The notes below the pieces were generated by a model. The model was not told the origin of the DNA. It worked only from the letters and a program-made list of their open reading frames with translations, and ran no database searches. The position numbers were made by a program, and so were the translations under genes. A DNA stretch of 64,000 bases from Octopus sinensis (Eukaryota): NCBI RefSeq assembly GCF_006345805.1, contig NC_043010.1:58094001-58158000 (forward strand), written 5' to 3'. Shown piece by piece: positions 37,261-51,280 of the stretch. The first letter of the stretch is position 1. Every line of letters begins with the position of its first letter.

Positions 37261-40200
37261 TATAACAAGGTGATGTGTGAGGAAGGTTAACTATTATTGC
37301 AGGGCCACATGGCAGATACAGCCCGGCTGCTGTCACTGTGATGTGCACCATAAAGTGATGTTCACGGCAAAAGTTAAAATGCACTTCAAAGTCACATGAC
37401 CCATTAGTCCATGTGTGCTGCTTTGTGCTTTGCACTGCCAAATGCACAGTATGGTTACTCACATGCAGGAACCTGTGTATGCAAGGAAGTCATATGTACT
37501 ATAAAGCTACTGTGCATCACAAGGCACCGACAGCAGAAACCTCTGCTCTAGCACAGAAGTAGCATGGTCAGGTGGTTATTGTAGTGTGGCATCATGGGGT
37601 GTGACTTCAGACTGTGCTATATGCAGTTCGGTATGTCCCTGGGGTACATACCAAAGTTTGAAGAAAAACAGCAATCAGACATTCTGGAGAAGTTAACAGA
37701 AGTGGACTAGTATCCTATCCCAGGGTAGATTTATAACCCTTCTTCTTTTACTGGCTTCAGTTATATGAGTGAGGCTATTCAGGGGCACCACCTTTAGGGG
37801 ATTTTGTCTATTATATACTCTGGCTGGTGTATATTTTACTGGTTTTGTGGAAAGCATGATTTTCTTTGTTTAAAGGGATCTAACAAATGTGGACTTTGAT
37901 ACAGGAAGGTATTCTTATTTGAGACTATGACCTCATCTGAAAGAAATTTCTTTTTTTCCATAAATTCACTACAAAATACTAAACTTTAATTGGATTTGAA
38001 TGTTTGCCTCTATGTTTTATATTCTGCTCGAAACAACTATTTCTATTCCACTCCGCCATTTTCAAAAAGAGGTAAAAATAAAGTAAAAAATATTTTACAG
38101 AATACAGAGAGAGAGACAAAGAATGATGTGAACCAAGAACAATTGGAAAAAAACAAAAAAAAAATAGTATATTGTTAATAACAAAATGTCACACCTTGTT
38201 CTGAATCTGGGACAAAAAAATCAAGACATTCATCATTATTTCTGGCTAAACAGTATGTGACCATTGGACACTAATAGAACCTAGCTACAATGTAGATTAT
38301 TACTGCTTGACAATAGATATTAGCTTTCTTTTTCAGTGAGGAAACTTAGCTTTGTGCTTAACTAATGTTACTCTACTTCTCGTCATCAAATGAGACCTAC
38401 TAGCATAGTTAGACTGTGTGCTGCCAGGAGCAGCCCTTCAATTTGCTGCCCCACAAAAAATACAATTTGCTGCTCCTACAAAAAATACATATTGCGTACA
38501 GCAGGCCCAAAAGTGGTGCTGCCCCCCCCCCCATAAAAGTGCTGCTAGTGATGAGACCACAGCAGTTCTGGAGAATTTTCATATGAAAAACATTCAGCAT
38601 CCTAACAAAAAGACTGTTTATGCATCAATCACTTCATAAACAAACTAGCTACTGCTATGCATTGTATTATGCAAATCAGGTTTTTCAGTTTGCTAAAGCA
38701 CACAGTAAACTTTGGAAACAATACCTCTGCTGACAAGCAAACAGAATACTTGGTTGTTGATAATATTCCAATATAAGGATTGAACCCTGTGTAGATTGAT
38801 TCCATATTGTAGATTGATTCCAATATTTTGTGAGGACATATCCAGCCATTGGTAAATGTTACCATGTTGCTTGGAAGCAGATGAGGATTGGTGACAGGAA
38901 GGGCATCCAGCTGTGGAATATCTGTTTCAACAAATTCCATCCAACCCATGCATGCATGGACACGTGGAAGCTAAAATAATGATGTTGATGATGATGACAG
39001 TCTAAGTGGGGCAAATCATGGAATGCAGGAGAGTGTGGAAGGGTAACATTTGCTAAATTTTCACTTGATGTTTTCAATGCTTTTGCAATTACAAATCGGT
39101 AATTACAAATGGTACATCAAGGATGTTACTGCCAGGGGAAGTAAAAGGGTTGCACCTGCACTATGAGGCTGGTGCTAATTGAGAGTTGAGTAGACTGGAA
39201 GTGAAGTGAAGTGCCTTGCTCAAGACTACAGCATGCTGTCTTGTCCAATAACTGAAGCTATGAGTTTATGACCATAAGCCATACATGTTAAAATGTAGGG
39301 CACGAGTCTCCACACCCACAGTCAACCTCCTCCCTTAAACCTTAGAACCCATAACACTGGTAGAGTGGTGGCAATGCTAGGCACCCCCATGCTGTAGCAC
39401 TGATGAAATGGTGTGGGGTCACAGTACAGCATGTGCTTGAATCTGTGTGCTTTGATCCTGTTTTGATCAACCAATCAGAATGCCTGTTACATCTGAAAGC
39501 AAGACAATATGTCTGCCTCCAGTTCAATTGTTTTAGCAGCAGGTTTTTGTGGGAATAGGGAGACATTTCCCAATGAAACAAGATCTATCGTGTGAAAATG
39601 AGCCTGGGCCATCAGAATAAAAACAGAAGAACTAGAAGCTGTGTACAGCCAGTCAAGTGCCTCATATACTGGAGAAATTCAGTGAACTGGATGCTGGAAA
39701 TGGTGCAGATTACCCAGACAGTGATAACAGTGAAAATGGTTCGGATAATGAATCCAATGGTGTGTGACATTAGAAAACTGAATTCCAGCAAAGACAGTGC
39801 AGACACCATCAGGACAGACTCATTTCATGCTACACATTGTAGGCCCCAAAGCTTTCCAAAGAACAGAAACAGTGAACCTAAGTTTGTAAATTGCATCATA
39901 CGTATATATGTTACAACAGTCTTGCTTCTTATCTCTGTCAGAACTGGACAGAAATCACTCAGGAGATTAGGTTTAGGATCAAATAGTGCCAAGGAGGCCA
40001 CAGCTCAAACGGTTAAATGCCTCACTGACTCCATAATGTTTTGTGTGTTGTTGTTTTTCTTTTTCAAGATTCACCACCTCTAAGAATGTGTCATCTGAAG
40101 AGAGCCACAGAAAATTCCAGTCACAACAGAGCCACTAACATGGTTCTTTAAATCTACTAGAAATAGCAGCCAATTCTCTTAAACCATTTCTATTTTCTTA

Positions 40201-40479
40201 GAAATAGAAAGAAAACATTAGACAATGTACACACTTGATTTCAATTAATTTAGAATGGTCGGGTTGGGTTAACCTATTTCAACCTGGGCCTAACAGCATG
40301 GCCTTGGTTGCTTTGACAGTGGCCAGTCTGGAGAAGGAATTTAGGCCAACTCTTTTGTCTTCCTTTCTTCTTACCAATCTTAAGGGGAGGGCCTATAAAG
40401 GATCATGGGGGCCCTTCACTAAATTGTGCACATGACCAAAGACTTGGCCTAAATGTGGACACATATACATGCATATAGC

Positions 40480-40722
40480 GTGGTCATTGCCTGGCTCCCA
40501 TGCAAGTAGCACATAAAAAACACCTTTTGAGCATGGCCATTGCGAGAAGCACCTGATTGGCCCTCGTGCCGGTGGCACATAAAAGCACCCACTATACCCT
40601 TGGAGTGGTTGGCGTTAGGAAGGGCATCTAACTGTAGAAACTGTGTCAGATCAGATTGGCGTCCTCAGTCAAACCGTCCAACCCATGCCAGCATGAAAAG
40701 CAGATGTTAAATGACGATGATT
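40480..40722 (+). mobile_element. Retroposon 3' end, family D (probably RTE-related LINE or SINE tail)
   Basis: GGTTGGCGTTAGGAAGGGCATC..CCGTCCAACCCATGCCAGCATG..(GAT)n. Related pieces at ~21530, ~38850, ~41860, ~49270 (+) and ~42680, 60585-60895 (-). Confidence 0.6.
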
Positions 40723-42582
40723 CAAGAGAATTGGTAAATCATATAATATTAGTTGTGAGAAATATAGACTATGACCAGGAATTTGGGTGAATTTCTTTAT
40801 GGCTAGAAATGGTGCACCTAGAAGCTAATCAGAGCTTAAAACGAAATCAGGGAAGCTGAATTTTTAGAATATGATCTCAGTTTTGAATTTATTAATCTTA
40901 ATTCTAGTTGAGACGGGATTTCTTACATTGTTCAAGGGTGGTTCATATGAAAAAATATGCTTAAAAGTAACAAAAATATAGAACTTATCTATTTGTAGCA
41001 GAGAACAAATGAATCATTCAAGGTTTTTGTTTGGCAAAACTAAGAATGTTGTTAGACATCCATTAGGTTTATTTATGAAGTTGGAGTAACATTTAAGGAT
41101 ATCAAATGTTTCTTCTTGTTACAAATTGCACTGAGAATTTCCCTCCATTATACAACGGAGAACTTCCTATCGTAGACCACGTGAATAAGTTGTTAATATT
41201 ATTCTCCTTTAGTCTCCAAACAAATCTATTTAATATTATAACAGTTTCTTTTATTTTATTTTCAAAAAATGAAGAGTGGTTATAAAGTGTGAATTTGAAT
41301 TAAGTTGCACAAGTGTCTATGTAACAATATACTCTTTCAGGTGTTGTTACACAATATCTATAAACTATATTTTTTTAGACATTGATTGACCAAGGGGAAA
41401 TTGTTATGGTTCCTAGAAATACATAATTCATTCATTGTTATGTCTCTCACTTAACCCTCTACATACTGGTATTTTCCCATCACCTGCTCTCCCCATTCTT
41501 GTTCATCACACACTACATTGATCTCCACTTTCACCCATTCACTCTGCTCTCACAGTCCTATGAAAGCAACCACACATTATCGTCTCTTCCCACAACCCAC
41601 TATTTCTATCCTCTCTTATGCTCTCTTTTTCACTTCTTGGGAGTTTGCTCTAGCACCACATCACTACCTTCCTCTTATTTGCTTCAGCCATATATCTCTT
41701 CTATAGTAAGACATCTGTGCTTGTCCCTCTATCATACTTTTAGCCTTTTCAACATCTGGCAAACAGCCACCCACCTTTACTTTCCCCTCCCCAATACTTC
41801 CTTTTAAATGTGGAAACTTTGTTCCTATTCCTCTGTTTTGTTCTGTCCTGCAAATTACATGGCAACTTCACTAGTGTTGGTGCCATGCAGCACACAGTGT
41901 AAAGTGGTTAGTATTAGTAAGGGAAACCATGCAAAAGATGAAAGTGGAGCTCATCACAGCCCTGCAGATCACTGGTTCCCTGTCAAACTGTCCAACCCAT
42001 GTCAGTAGGGAAAGTCAGCGTTAAATAATGTTGGTGATGATTCAGTCTATAGTTATGAATTTCTATTTACTGTATTAACATTACTACTATTCTCTGTATG
42101 AGGCATTGGGAGATTAACATCTTCCTGTATTCTGTCCAGAGACATGCAACACATCAACTCTCTCTTCCTGTTGATTGGATAAATTTCTTTCATTAAAGGT
42201 AGACCCAGACTTTTTCTTTGTAGCTTCTTAATGATGACCAGTTTCTGCCTTTGCTTCTAAGGCTTTCAAGTTTCTTGTGTTATGAGCTGCTGTAAAATCA
42301 AACATGTCAGATGGGGTCAAGTATGTAAACTTTACAGTATGCCTATTGAAAATTCTGTCTGCCTTGTAACACACAATGAAGATAATAACCAAATCATTTG
42401 AAATGTGTTCACCATTCTAGCAGACAGTGCCATGAAATAAATGACTGTTGCTGTTTTGACATTTATAACCTAAAGTGAAGGTCTTCTCCATGGCAAGTTG
42501 CAGTGAAAATGGTTTTTATTACTGGTCAAATGTGTTCCAAATATATTTGAACTGATCTAAAAGTATGTATCTTTTGTCTTTA

Positions 42583-43007
42583 ATCTTTTATCCTTTCACT
42601 TGTTTCAGTCGTTAAACTGTGGCCAGGCTGGGACATGAATGTTTTAGCCAAATGAATCAATCCTGAGACTTCATCATCATCATCATCATCATCATCATTT
42701 AGCGTCCGCTTTCCATGCTAGCATGGGTTGGACGGTAAAAAAAACAACTTATTTTTGTTAAAACCCAGTACTTATTCTGTCAATCTCTTTTGTCGAACCA
42801 TTAAGTTACAGGGATGTAACAAGTTGTCATGTGGTGGTGAGGGACAGACACAAACACAAACACACACACATATATATATATATGACAGGCTTCCTACAGT
42901 TTCTGTCGACAAAATCTTCTCACAAAGCTTTGGTTGGCCCAGGGCTATAGTAGAAGATGCTTGCCTAAGGTGTCACACAGTGGGACTGAATTTGGAACCA
43001 TGTGGTA
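42583..43007 (-). mobile_element. CORE-type SINE family A with a family-D fragment inside
   Basis: Homologous to 116-546; (CAT)n-TTTAGCGTCCGCTTTCCATGCTAGCATGGGTTGGACGG insert at ~42670-42737. Confidence 0.75.
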
Positions 43008-44794
43008 GGTATATGTATATCCATGTTTAGTGCAATCTTCCTTTTTAACAATAATGTCAATCTCTTATATCGGAACAAGAGCACAGGCTTTTCTGTGAGG
43101 ATCTGTTAATGAAAAGGACTCCAGTGCTTGGCAGATTCTTACTTTATAAACTTGAGGAAGATGGAAGACAAAATCAAAACAAACAGGATTTGAACTCAAA
43201 ACCTCACAATACAAGGTGTAAATGCTACAAGGAGTGATCTCCAGGGCTGTATTGGCTTTTCTCATGCAGATGGTGATGTTAATAATAATGAGAATGATAA
43301 GTTTTTAAGATGGTAGAGGTGTGTCACATGTCCAAGACAAAACCAGAAGAGCAACGATGATGGAGACTGCTCTGGTTGATGGTTTCATCGAATTTGTGTT
43401 GAATGGCAGAAAAATTATGCAAATTACTTACTAATGTCACGTGTTTTACTACTAGTTTCACATCGCTGCAGGTGTGGGTGGAGGGGAAACATCAAGGGCT
43501 CAGCTGCTCTCTTAAAATACAAAAAAAACAAAAACGAAAAGAACCCAGCCAAACAGGTGATTAGGGTAACATCCTCATATAAGATAATTAGAGACAAATT
43601 TTGGTTTATGTTAATTAAAAACAAATCTAGTTTTATGTTAATTGGAAACAACACTTAGTTCATGATAGCAAATCCTAGTTTATGTTAAAGCTAAATCTCA
43701 GTTTATAGTCAATTAATGTCAAATTGATGCTTAAGATTAATCAAACACTTAATTAAAAGCTGCCTCAGTTCTAATTATTGTTTATTTTTTTGTTTCAGTC
43801 TTTGGACTGAAGTCATGCTGGGGCACAACTTTGAAGTGTTTAGGTGAACAAATTGAGCCCCAGGGCTTATTTTTAAGTATTGTACTTATTCTATCGGTCT
43901 CTTTTGTGAAACTGCTAAGTTACAGGGATGTAAACAAACAAGCACCAGTTGTCAAGCTGTGGTGGGGGACAAACACCAACACAAATTGTCTCAAATTAAT
44001 TTTAGTTAAAGTTATAATATGATGTAGTAAAGAATAATGAAATACTCTCGTTAGGGTTTTCAATTACATTTTCTTTGCAGATTTTAAAAGTCGAGCAACT
44101 TCCTGCAGTGGAGTCATAGTAACGAGAAGGTTCTAGAAATAGCAACTAAATCTCACACAAATCACTCTCTACTGTCTTGAAATAGAAGGACAGATTGGAC
44201 AATGTACCGGTGAATATATATGTATATATATATAAAGATAGGAGTGTCATGGTTGGAAAGGCTTTGATCAAAGGTTTTCTTCAAAATGGAACTGAGTTGT
44301 GACTGAACAGTGAAAGGTTCGCATACAAAGCTCACAGGGCCTAATTCTACAACAGAATCTATGACAATGAGGGTGATGGTGGTGATGATGATGATGATGA
44401 GCTTGATGATGGTGGTTGTGGTGATGAAGATGTTGATGGTGGTGGTGATGATGACAACGACGACATTGACGATGATGGTGATGATGGTGATGACAACAGT
44501 GGTGGTGGTGATGACGATAGAGGTGCTGCTGCTGCTGCTGCTGCTGGTTCCATTAACCTTGGTAAAGCTGTTCCTGATGAGATTAGGGTAGGAATTTGGA
44601 GAATTAAATATCAAGGAATCAGCTACAGAATCTGCAATACACACACACATGCAGAAGCATACATGTACACACACACATACACACATATACTTGTGTGTGC
44701 ATACATACACATAACACACACACACACACACATATATGTGTATGTATGTATATACATATATGTATTGGAGGTATGCCATGCATGTATATATATA

Positions 44795-44847
<53 letters not shown>

Positions 44848-45411
44848 TACACAAATGTGTATAGCTATGTTTGCATACATCTGAGGATGCACGTTGAAGG
44901 GGTGGTTTGAGGGTTATTTGGTATTAATTTCTATGATGGGTAGCTACCCTGTCGAGGTGTCCCCTTATTGGTTCACAGAATCAGTGTTTGTTGAAGAATG
45001 TAGAAGAATTTATAGATTTATTGGACATATAAAGAGAAATCAATAAACAGCCAGCTGTGAACCCCCCACCCCCCACCACACTCATACTACAAGCTACCAG
45101 CTGTAAGATACACATGCCAATGTGTACTTTATAGAAACTACCACCACCACCACTATCTCAACCATCACCTATACACTACAGAGATCTCATTACCACAAGT
45201 ATTTCTGCAACCAACACTACAACCACCAGCGCCGCTACTACCACTGCCACCACCACCACCACCACTATACCATCACCTATACACTACAGAGATCTCATCA
45301 CCACACGCATTTCTGCCACCACCACGACCATCACTAAAACCACTACTACTACCAGCACTGTCACCACCACGACCATCACTACTATCTCAACTATCACCTA
45401 TATACTACAGA

Positions 45412-45745
45412 AGGCATGTGGCTTAGTGGTTAGAGCATTCGGCTCATGGTCGTCAGGTCATGGGTTCAATTCCCACTGATAGGTTGTGTCCTTGAGCAAG
45501 ACACTTTATTTCACTTTATTGCTCCAGTCCACTCAGCTGGCAAAACTAAGTGTGACCTGTATTTCAAAGGGCCAGCCTTGTAACACTCTGTGTCACATTG
45601 AATCTCCCTAAGAACTAAGTTAAGGTAACACATGTGTCTGTGGAGTACTCAGCCACTTGCACATAAATTTCACGAGCAAGCTGTTCCATTGATCCTTGTC
45701 AGCTGGGACCCTGGGACCCTCATCGTCGTAACAACCAATGGAGTG
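45412..45745 (+). mobile_element. tRNA-derived SINE family C
   Basis: GTGGCTTAGTGGTTAG (A box), GGGTTCAATTCCC (B box), GTGTCCTTGAGCAAGACACTT core. Confidence 0.8.
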
Positions 45746-46216
45746 TTCCTACTACCTAGTATCTCATCACCACAAGCGCTTCCACCACCACCACCACCAC
45801 CACCACCACTTCTACCACTGCCACTACTACTACTAGCATAGTACAAATGCAGCCCTGCTACCACCACCCCAACTACAGCACTGCCATCAACCCCACCACC
45901 ACAGCTACACCTGTGACACTGCAATACACTACAAAATCTCTACATCGCTACCAGCACCACTTCTGCTACTACCACCTATACAGTTCCCTCTGTGGTGGAG
46001 GCAGTTGTTGATTAGCAGCACCACAGGTGGTTGGTAGGTGGGGCAGGTTTCTGTTTGGAGGGGGAGTGCAGTTGTATGTGGAGGAGGAAGGGGTGAATGT
46101 GTATGAGTGTATATGTATGTGTATATGGCATGCTGTGCGTGTGTGTGTGTGGGTGAGTGGAGGTTGGTGGGTGTGATGAGAGCCAGGGTGGGGTTCAGGT
46201 GAGGAGGTGGTGTGGC

Positions 46217-46248
<32 letters not shown>

Positions 46249-46915
46249 TTATGATGGAAATCCATCTGTAGCTGAGTGTGCACTTGCATTTGTATATGTG
46301 TGGTATGATGGTGGCAGTGGAGGTGGTGTGTTGCCGTGGTATTATTGGCGGTGGTGGTGGTTCAGTCAATGGTGATGGTGGAGGTGGTGTGTAGTAGTGG
46401 TGGCAGTGGTTGTGTTGATGGTGGTGACAGCGGTGGAGGCATTTACTGTAGAAAGAAACCAGCATCAAACAGCTGCCTAATGAGGTGGTACGGAAGAAGA
46501 TGTCTAAATTTGTAGCAAATTATGTACAATGTTGCCTCTAATGACTGGTGTAGCATAATTACAGTGAGGCTACATCACATGACCTACTCATAGACCAATA
46601 ATTATAGTCATGCTGTGTCATGTGACCTACACATAGAGCAACCAATGGGAGAACATCTGTGGGAAGAAGAGAATTTCAGATCAGCTGTGTCAGGTTAATA
46701 ACAGAAATGTTGTCAGTCCGCTTGTGTCGAGGTCTCAGGTTCAATCGTACCAAGCAGCTCACACACAGGCAAGAGTCTTTGTGACCAAATGAAGGGTTGG
46801 ATCAAAGTCATGTGAATGAATTTGGGGTAAAATGGAGACTGTGCTGAAGCCTATCATAGTTCAGCTAACAACATTTAGTAGAGTTGCACTGTAACCAGCA
46901 TATATGATAATGATG

Positions 46916-46946
<31 letters not shown>

Positions 46947-46948
<2 letters not shown>

Positions 46949-47462
46949 GACCTGACACATTACCAGGTGCATGTCTTCTGATCTTAACTGATTGGAAGTG
47001 TCATCATGTACATGCTTTGTCTTCATATAAAAAGATGGGCTACAGCAAATATTCTGCCCAATACCACAGATTTGCTTGTCAGTTGTTTGACCTTAGCCAG
47101 TTGAGCATGTCTCTTAGGGGCTGACGATATGAGCATCTTTGATCACAGGCAGAAGTAGTGGGGGAGCATCATAGCCATGTGTTGAGAGGAATTCTTTGGA
47201 GTTTGGATAATTCATCTTGGACACAAGGGTGTTTCATTCATCATCCTTAAACAACCCTTATTTAGGGACCTTTTGAGCAGGATGGGCCCCACCTGCAAGG
47301 TCATGCACTGTTTATCTTGATATGAGATCACCATATCATGCACATATGGTTGTGATGCATGTATCTGGTGTACCCTTATCAGATGGGTAGTCATGATGGG
47401 TATGCTGGGCTTCGTATATTTGTACCCGTGTCACTTTGATGGCATGCACTGCTCTCTCACTC
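46947..47462 (+). mobile_element. Unclassified ~500-bp non-coding repeat embedded in (AAT)n on both sides
   Basis: Inverted homolog of 35963-36450; (AAT)n at ~46905-46946 and 47463-47510. Confidence 0.75.
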
Positions 47463-47510
<48 letters not shown>

Positions 47511-47511
<1 letters not shown>

Positions 47512-47716
47512 GTTTCAAATTTTGGCAGAAAGCCAGCAAGTTTGGCAGAGGGGTAAGTCAATTACATTGGCCCCAGTGTTCAAATGGTACTTATTTTATT
47601 GACCCCTTTAAAGGATGAAAGGCAAAGCTGACCTCAGCAGAATTTGGACTCAGAACGTAAAGACAGATGAAATACTGCTAAGCATTTTGTCCAGCATGCC
47701 AATGATTCTGCCAGTT
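47511..47716 (-). mobile_element. SINE family B
   Basis: GGATGAAAGGCAAAG..GAATTTGGACTCAGAACG..GCTAAGCATTTTG..ATTCTGCCAG; begins at the end of (AAT)n. Confidence 0.8.
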
Positions 47717-47959
47717 TAATATTACTACTACTACTACTACTACTAATAATAATAATAATAATAATGATGATGAAATTTAGTAGGGTAGGTGGGTGGGTGG
47801 GTGGGGAAGTTGACCAAACTGACCCAAGGATTTGGCTGCTATTACATTTTATTGCATCCCCATCCCCACCCTCACCAGAGTAAGGGAAGGAAAATTTGAC
47901 CCCATGGTATTTGAACTCAAATCTTTTTGTTCAACATCTTAAATGTTCATCCAGATAAT

Positions 47960-48250
47960 CTAATAGACACTGGAACTTGGTTGGTTATGGTGACGAGGGT
48001 TCCAGTTGATCCGCTCGACAGAACGGTCTGCTTGTGAAATTATCATGTAAGTGGCTGAGCAGTCTACAGACACGTTGACCCTTAATGTAGTTTTCAAGCA
48101 GATTCAGCATGACAAAAATGTTTCAAGGCTGGCCCCTTTGAAATGCAGGTACAACTCATTTTTGCAAGGTGAACTGAAGTATCTTGCTCAAGGACACAAC
48201 AGGCCCCACTGGAACTTTACGATTATGGACCAAAAACTCCAGCCACTAAG
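47960..48250 (-). mobile_element. SINE family C, decayed
   Basis: GGTGACGAGGGTTCCAGTTGATCC, GTGGCTGAGCA, CTTGCTCAAGGACACAAC. Confidence 0.65.
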
Positions 48251-48691
48251 TTATGTGCTTTCACACACACACACACACTTGTAGTAAAATCGATAACAAG
48301 AGGGCAATGAATTCACCATGAGGAGTAGAAAAGCCAGGGTCTCTTCAGGCGAAATTCAAAAAAGAGAAAATGAGACACAGCAGAGTTTTATATCTTCTAA
48401 GTTAGAAAAAAAAAAAAAAGGGATTGGCTGCAAATGGAAGGATTTGTAACTCAGTTGTGTCTCATTAATTTCTCTCCTTTCAACTTTTCCCTGAAGGACT
48501 CTGTCCAAAACGTTTGGTGTTTCCACTCCTCACAACAGGCTCATGGGACTCTTTCTTTACTGATTTCACTTCATCAGATGAAGTCACATTGATCAGCACC
48601 AGCCACTTTGGAGGCGGGGGTCTTTTTAATCACACATACATATATATTTATATGTATACACACACACGTGTGTATGCATGTGCATATATAT

Positions 48692-48890
48692 ATATTTCTT
48701 TATTGCCCACAAGAGACTAAGCATAGAGGGGACAAACAAGGACAGACAAAGGGATTAAGTCGATTACATCGACCCCAGTGCGAAATTGGTACTTTATTTA
48801 TCAACCCCGAAAGGATGAAAGGCAAAGTCAACCTCAGTAGAACTTGAACTCAGAACAGACGAAATACCGCTAAGCATTTCACCTGGCATG
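48692..48890 (-). mobile_element. SINE family B
   Basis: CGACCCCAGTG..GTACTTTATTTATCAACCCCGAAAGGATGAAAGGCAAAGTC. Confidence 0.8.
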
Positions 48891-49712
48891 CATAGATATG
48901 TACGCACATGCACACACACACATACATGTGCACACATGTATAGTTGCAAAAAGTAGCATGATATGTACAAGTCATCTATATTTTGGTTCCTGCATGCATA
49001 CACAGCAGCTGTCAGGACTATTTGACAGCATGTGAGGGGGAAGAGAGAAGTGTTTGGTCTTGCTAGGGACATGACAACCTCATTAGTGTTGGTGCTATGG
49101 TGGAAGGTAACCAGAATCCTCTGTGTGTGTGTAACAAGAAAGACACCAAGGCAAGGAAATAATGACAAACATGGAATATGCAAGTGGATCATGGTGTGAC
49201 CCACTCAGGAGAAGGAAAAGTGAAGGACAGTAAATTCAGTTATGGGCTGACTTAGACTGTGACAATTCCTCCGAACCATGCCAGCATGGTTATTGGACAT
49301 AAAATTATGATAGTGAAAGTGATGATGATGATGATAAAGATGATGATGGTGGTGGTGGTGGTGGTGGTGGTGGCAGTGCTGGTGATGGTGATGGCAAAGG
49401 TAGCAGTGACAGTGGTGATGGTTGCAATGGTGCTGGTTGTTGTGGTGATTATGATGATAATGATCATCATCATAATGATGGTGGTGGTGGTGGTGCTGGT
49501 GTCGGTGTTGGTGGCGATGTGGTTAGCTTTAATGGCTGCTCCCCAAATTAATAAGTTTTATTGCAACAATCAGCAATATAATCAATACTATAGAATTTCT
49601 AAAATATCAAAGGAAATCAAATACAACTGATCAGGCCTTACCTACGTCTGTCTTTATCTATTTGTGTGTGTGAAAGTATAATATATTATCATCATATACA
49701 TACATACATACA

Positions 49713-49746
<34 letters not shown>

Positions 49747-49756
49747 CATACATATA

Positions 49757-49790
49757 TATTGGGTTGGCAACTACGTTCCCGCCATTTTTT
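49757..49790 (+). mobile_element. Isolated mariner-like terminal repeat remnant
   Basis: TA-TTGGGTTGGCAACTACGTTCCCGCC after (TA)n; no partner end found. Confidence 0.4.
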
Positions 49791-50005
49791 AAAATTTTGG
49801 AATTTATTGTGTTTTTAAATTTTGGAATTTTGTTTTTTTTTTGGAAATTCTATTTTTGAATCATTTTGGAATCTATTATGTTGTTCTACAACTAGCACTC
49901 ACTCGGTACTCCCTTGTTACTCATCAATTCCCTATGAACCCTAATTTACCAGCAGCTCAGACTGGCCAATAACTTCCCTAATGTATGACTCCCTCGATGC
50001 ATTAA

Positions 50006-50182
50006 CCCTTTAGCCGTCAGGACACTCTGTCAAGTGTAAGGTTTATTTATTCACACTGCTTCATATTATCTCATGGCTTCAAGATCTCCATGTTGCTATC
50101 ATTAATTTTTATGATGACATTGTAGAGCAGGTGTGAGAGGCCAGACCTGCCTACTTCAAAGGCTGGCTTAAATGCTACAGGG
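50006..50182. mobile_element. piggyBac-type MITE
   Basis: TTAA-CCCTTTAGC ... GCTACAGGG-TTAA; same family as 6365-6572. Confidence 0.7.
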
Positions 50183-50679
50183 TTAAGAAAGTTGTTATCC
50201 AAGAGATTTAATAAGGGGATTTGTCGTTTAAAAATAAATAAAATGAGAAAAGAAATTCTAGAAAAGTGTCTAGGTTAAGGAGTTTGTTTGTCAATCATGA
50301 GTTCCCAGGTTCAAACTAATTGTGCAATGTTGAGTCAGTGTCATTTCTTTAGCCATGGACCAACCAATGTTTTGTGAATAATACTGAAAACTGTGTGGAA
50401 GCCCAGCAAATTAACTGTAACAGCAATTCAAAAGGTACCTCTTATATCACACAGGGAATTACATTAAGGGTTTATGTGTTAGAGAACTTCTCAGCCACTT
50501 ACACTCTAATACCGTTATGAGTGTGTGTGTGTGAGTGCAGGTGAGTGTGTGTGAGTGTATATGTGTGTAGAATAGTAATACAGATGTTTATGAAAACATT
50601 TTTCTATATTCACTGAGTTTTGTGAAGTTACATATTAACATATATTAACATAAATTAACATATATTGACATGAATTGGT

Positions 50680-50990
50680 TACGATGACAAGCATTCCAGT
50701 TGACCTGATCAACAGAACAGATTGCTCCGGAAATTATTGAGCAGGTGGCTGAGTACTCCACAGACAAGTATCCTTGACGTAGTTCTTAGGAAGATTCGGT
50801 GAGACACAGACCATGACAAGGCTGGCTCCTTTTGAATTACTGGTACTACTAATTTTTGTAAAATGAATGGACTGGAACAACACAAAATAAAGTGTCTTGC
50901 TCAAGGACATATCATGCTGCCAAATATTGAACTCATGACCTTACAACTGTGAGCCAAATAGCCCTAACCACTGAGCCACCTGCCTTCACA
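50680..50990 (-). mobile_element. SINE family C
   Basis: GTGGCTGAGTACTCCACAGAC, AATAAAGTGTCTTGCTCAAGGAC, CCTAACCACTGAGCCAC. Confidence 0.7.
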
Positions 50991-51061
50991 TTACCATGGT
51001 TAATACTTACATATATTACATCTACTGCATATATTAATGTAGATAATATTTACATATATTA

Positions 51062-51280
51062 GTTTCCAATTTTGGCAAAGGCTAGCAATTCTGAGGAGGG
51101 GATAAGCCTATTACATCGACCCCCGTCCCCCATGCTAAACTGCTATCTATTTTATCAATCCTGAAAGAATTAAAAGCAAAGTCAATCTTGGTGGAATTTG
51201 AGCTCAGAGCATGAAGACAGACAGAATGCTTAGCAGCATTTTGCCTGGCACATTGATAATTCTGCCAGCTCCACTGCCTT
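51062..51280 (-). mobile_element. SINE family B
   Basis: TTTATCAATCCTGAAAG..AATTTGAGCTCAGA..TTCTGCCAGCTCCACTGCCTT. Confidence 0.7.

Noticed and set aside
39592-40083. 163-aa ORF as a host gene exon
   Set aside because: No recognisable domain or splice context. Another frame gives an acidic stretch (ILEKFSELDAGNGADYPDSDNSENGSDNES) more like a decayed piggyBac N-terminus, too weak to call.
44310-44600. Poly-Met/Val/Ser ORFs here and at ~49250-49630 and ~54110-54355 as exons
   Set aside because: Produced by (GAT)n/(GGT)n/(CAC)n repeats, which are open in several frames.
44940-44990. miR-10-like TACCCTGT
   Set aside because: The match stops after 8 nt and there is no hairpin.
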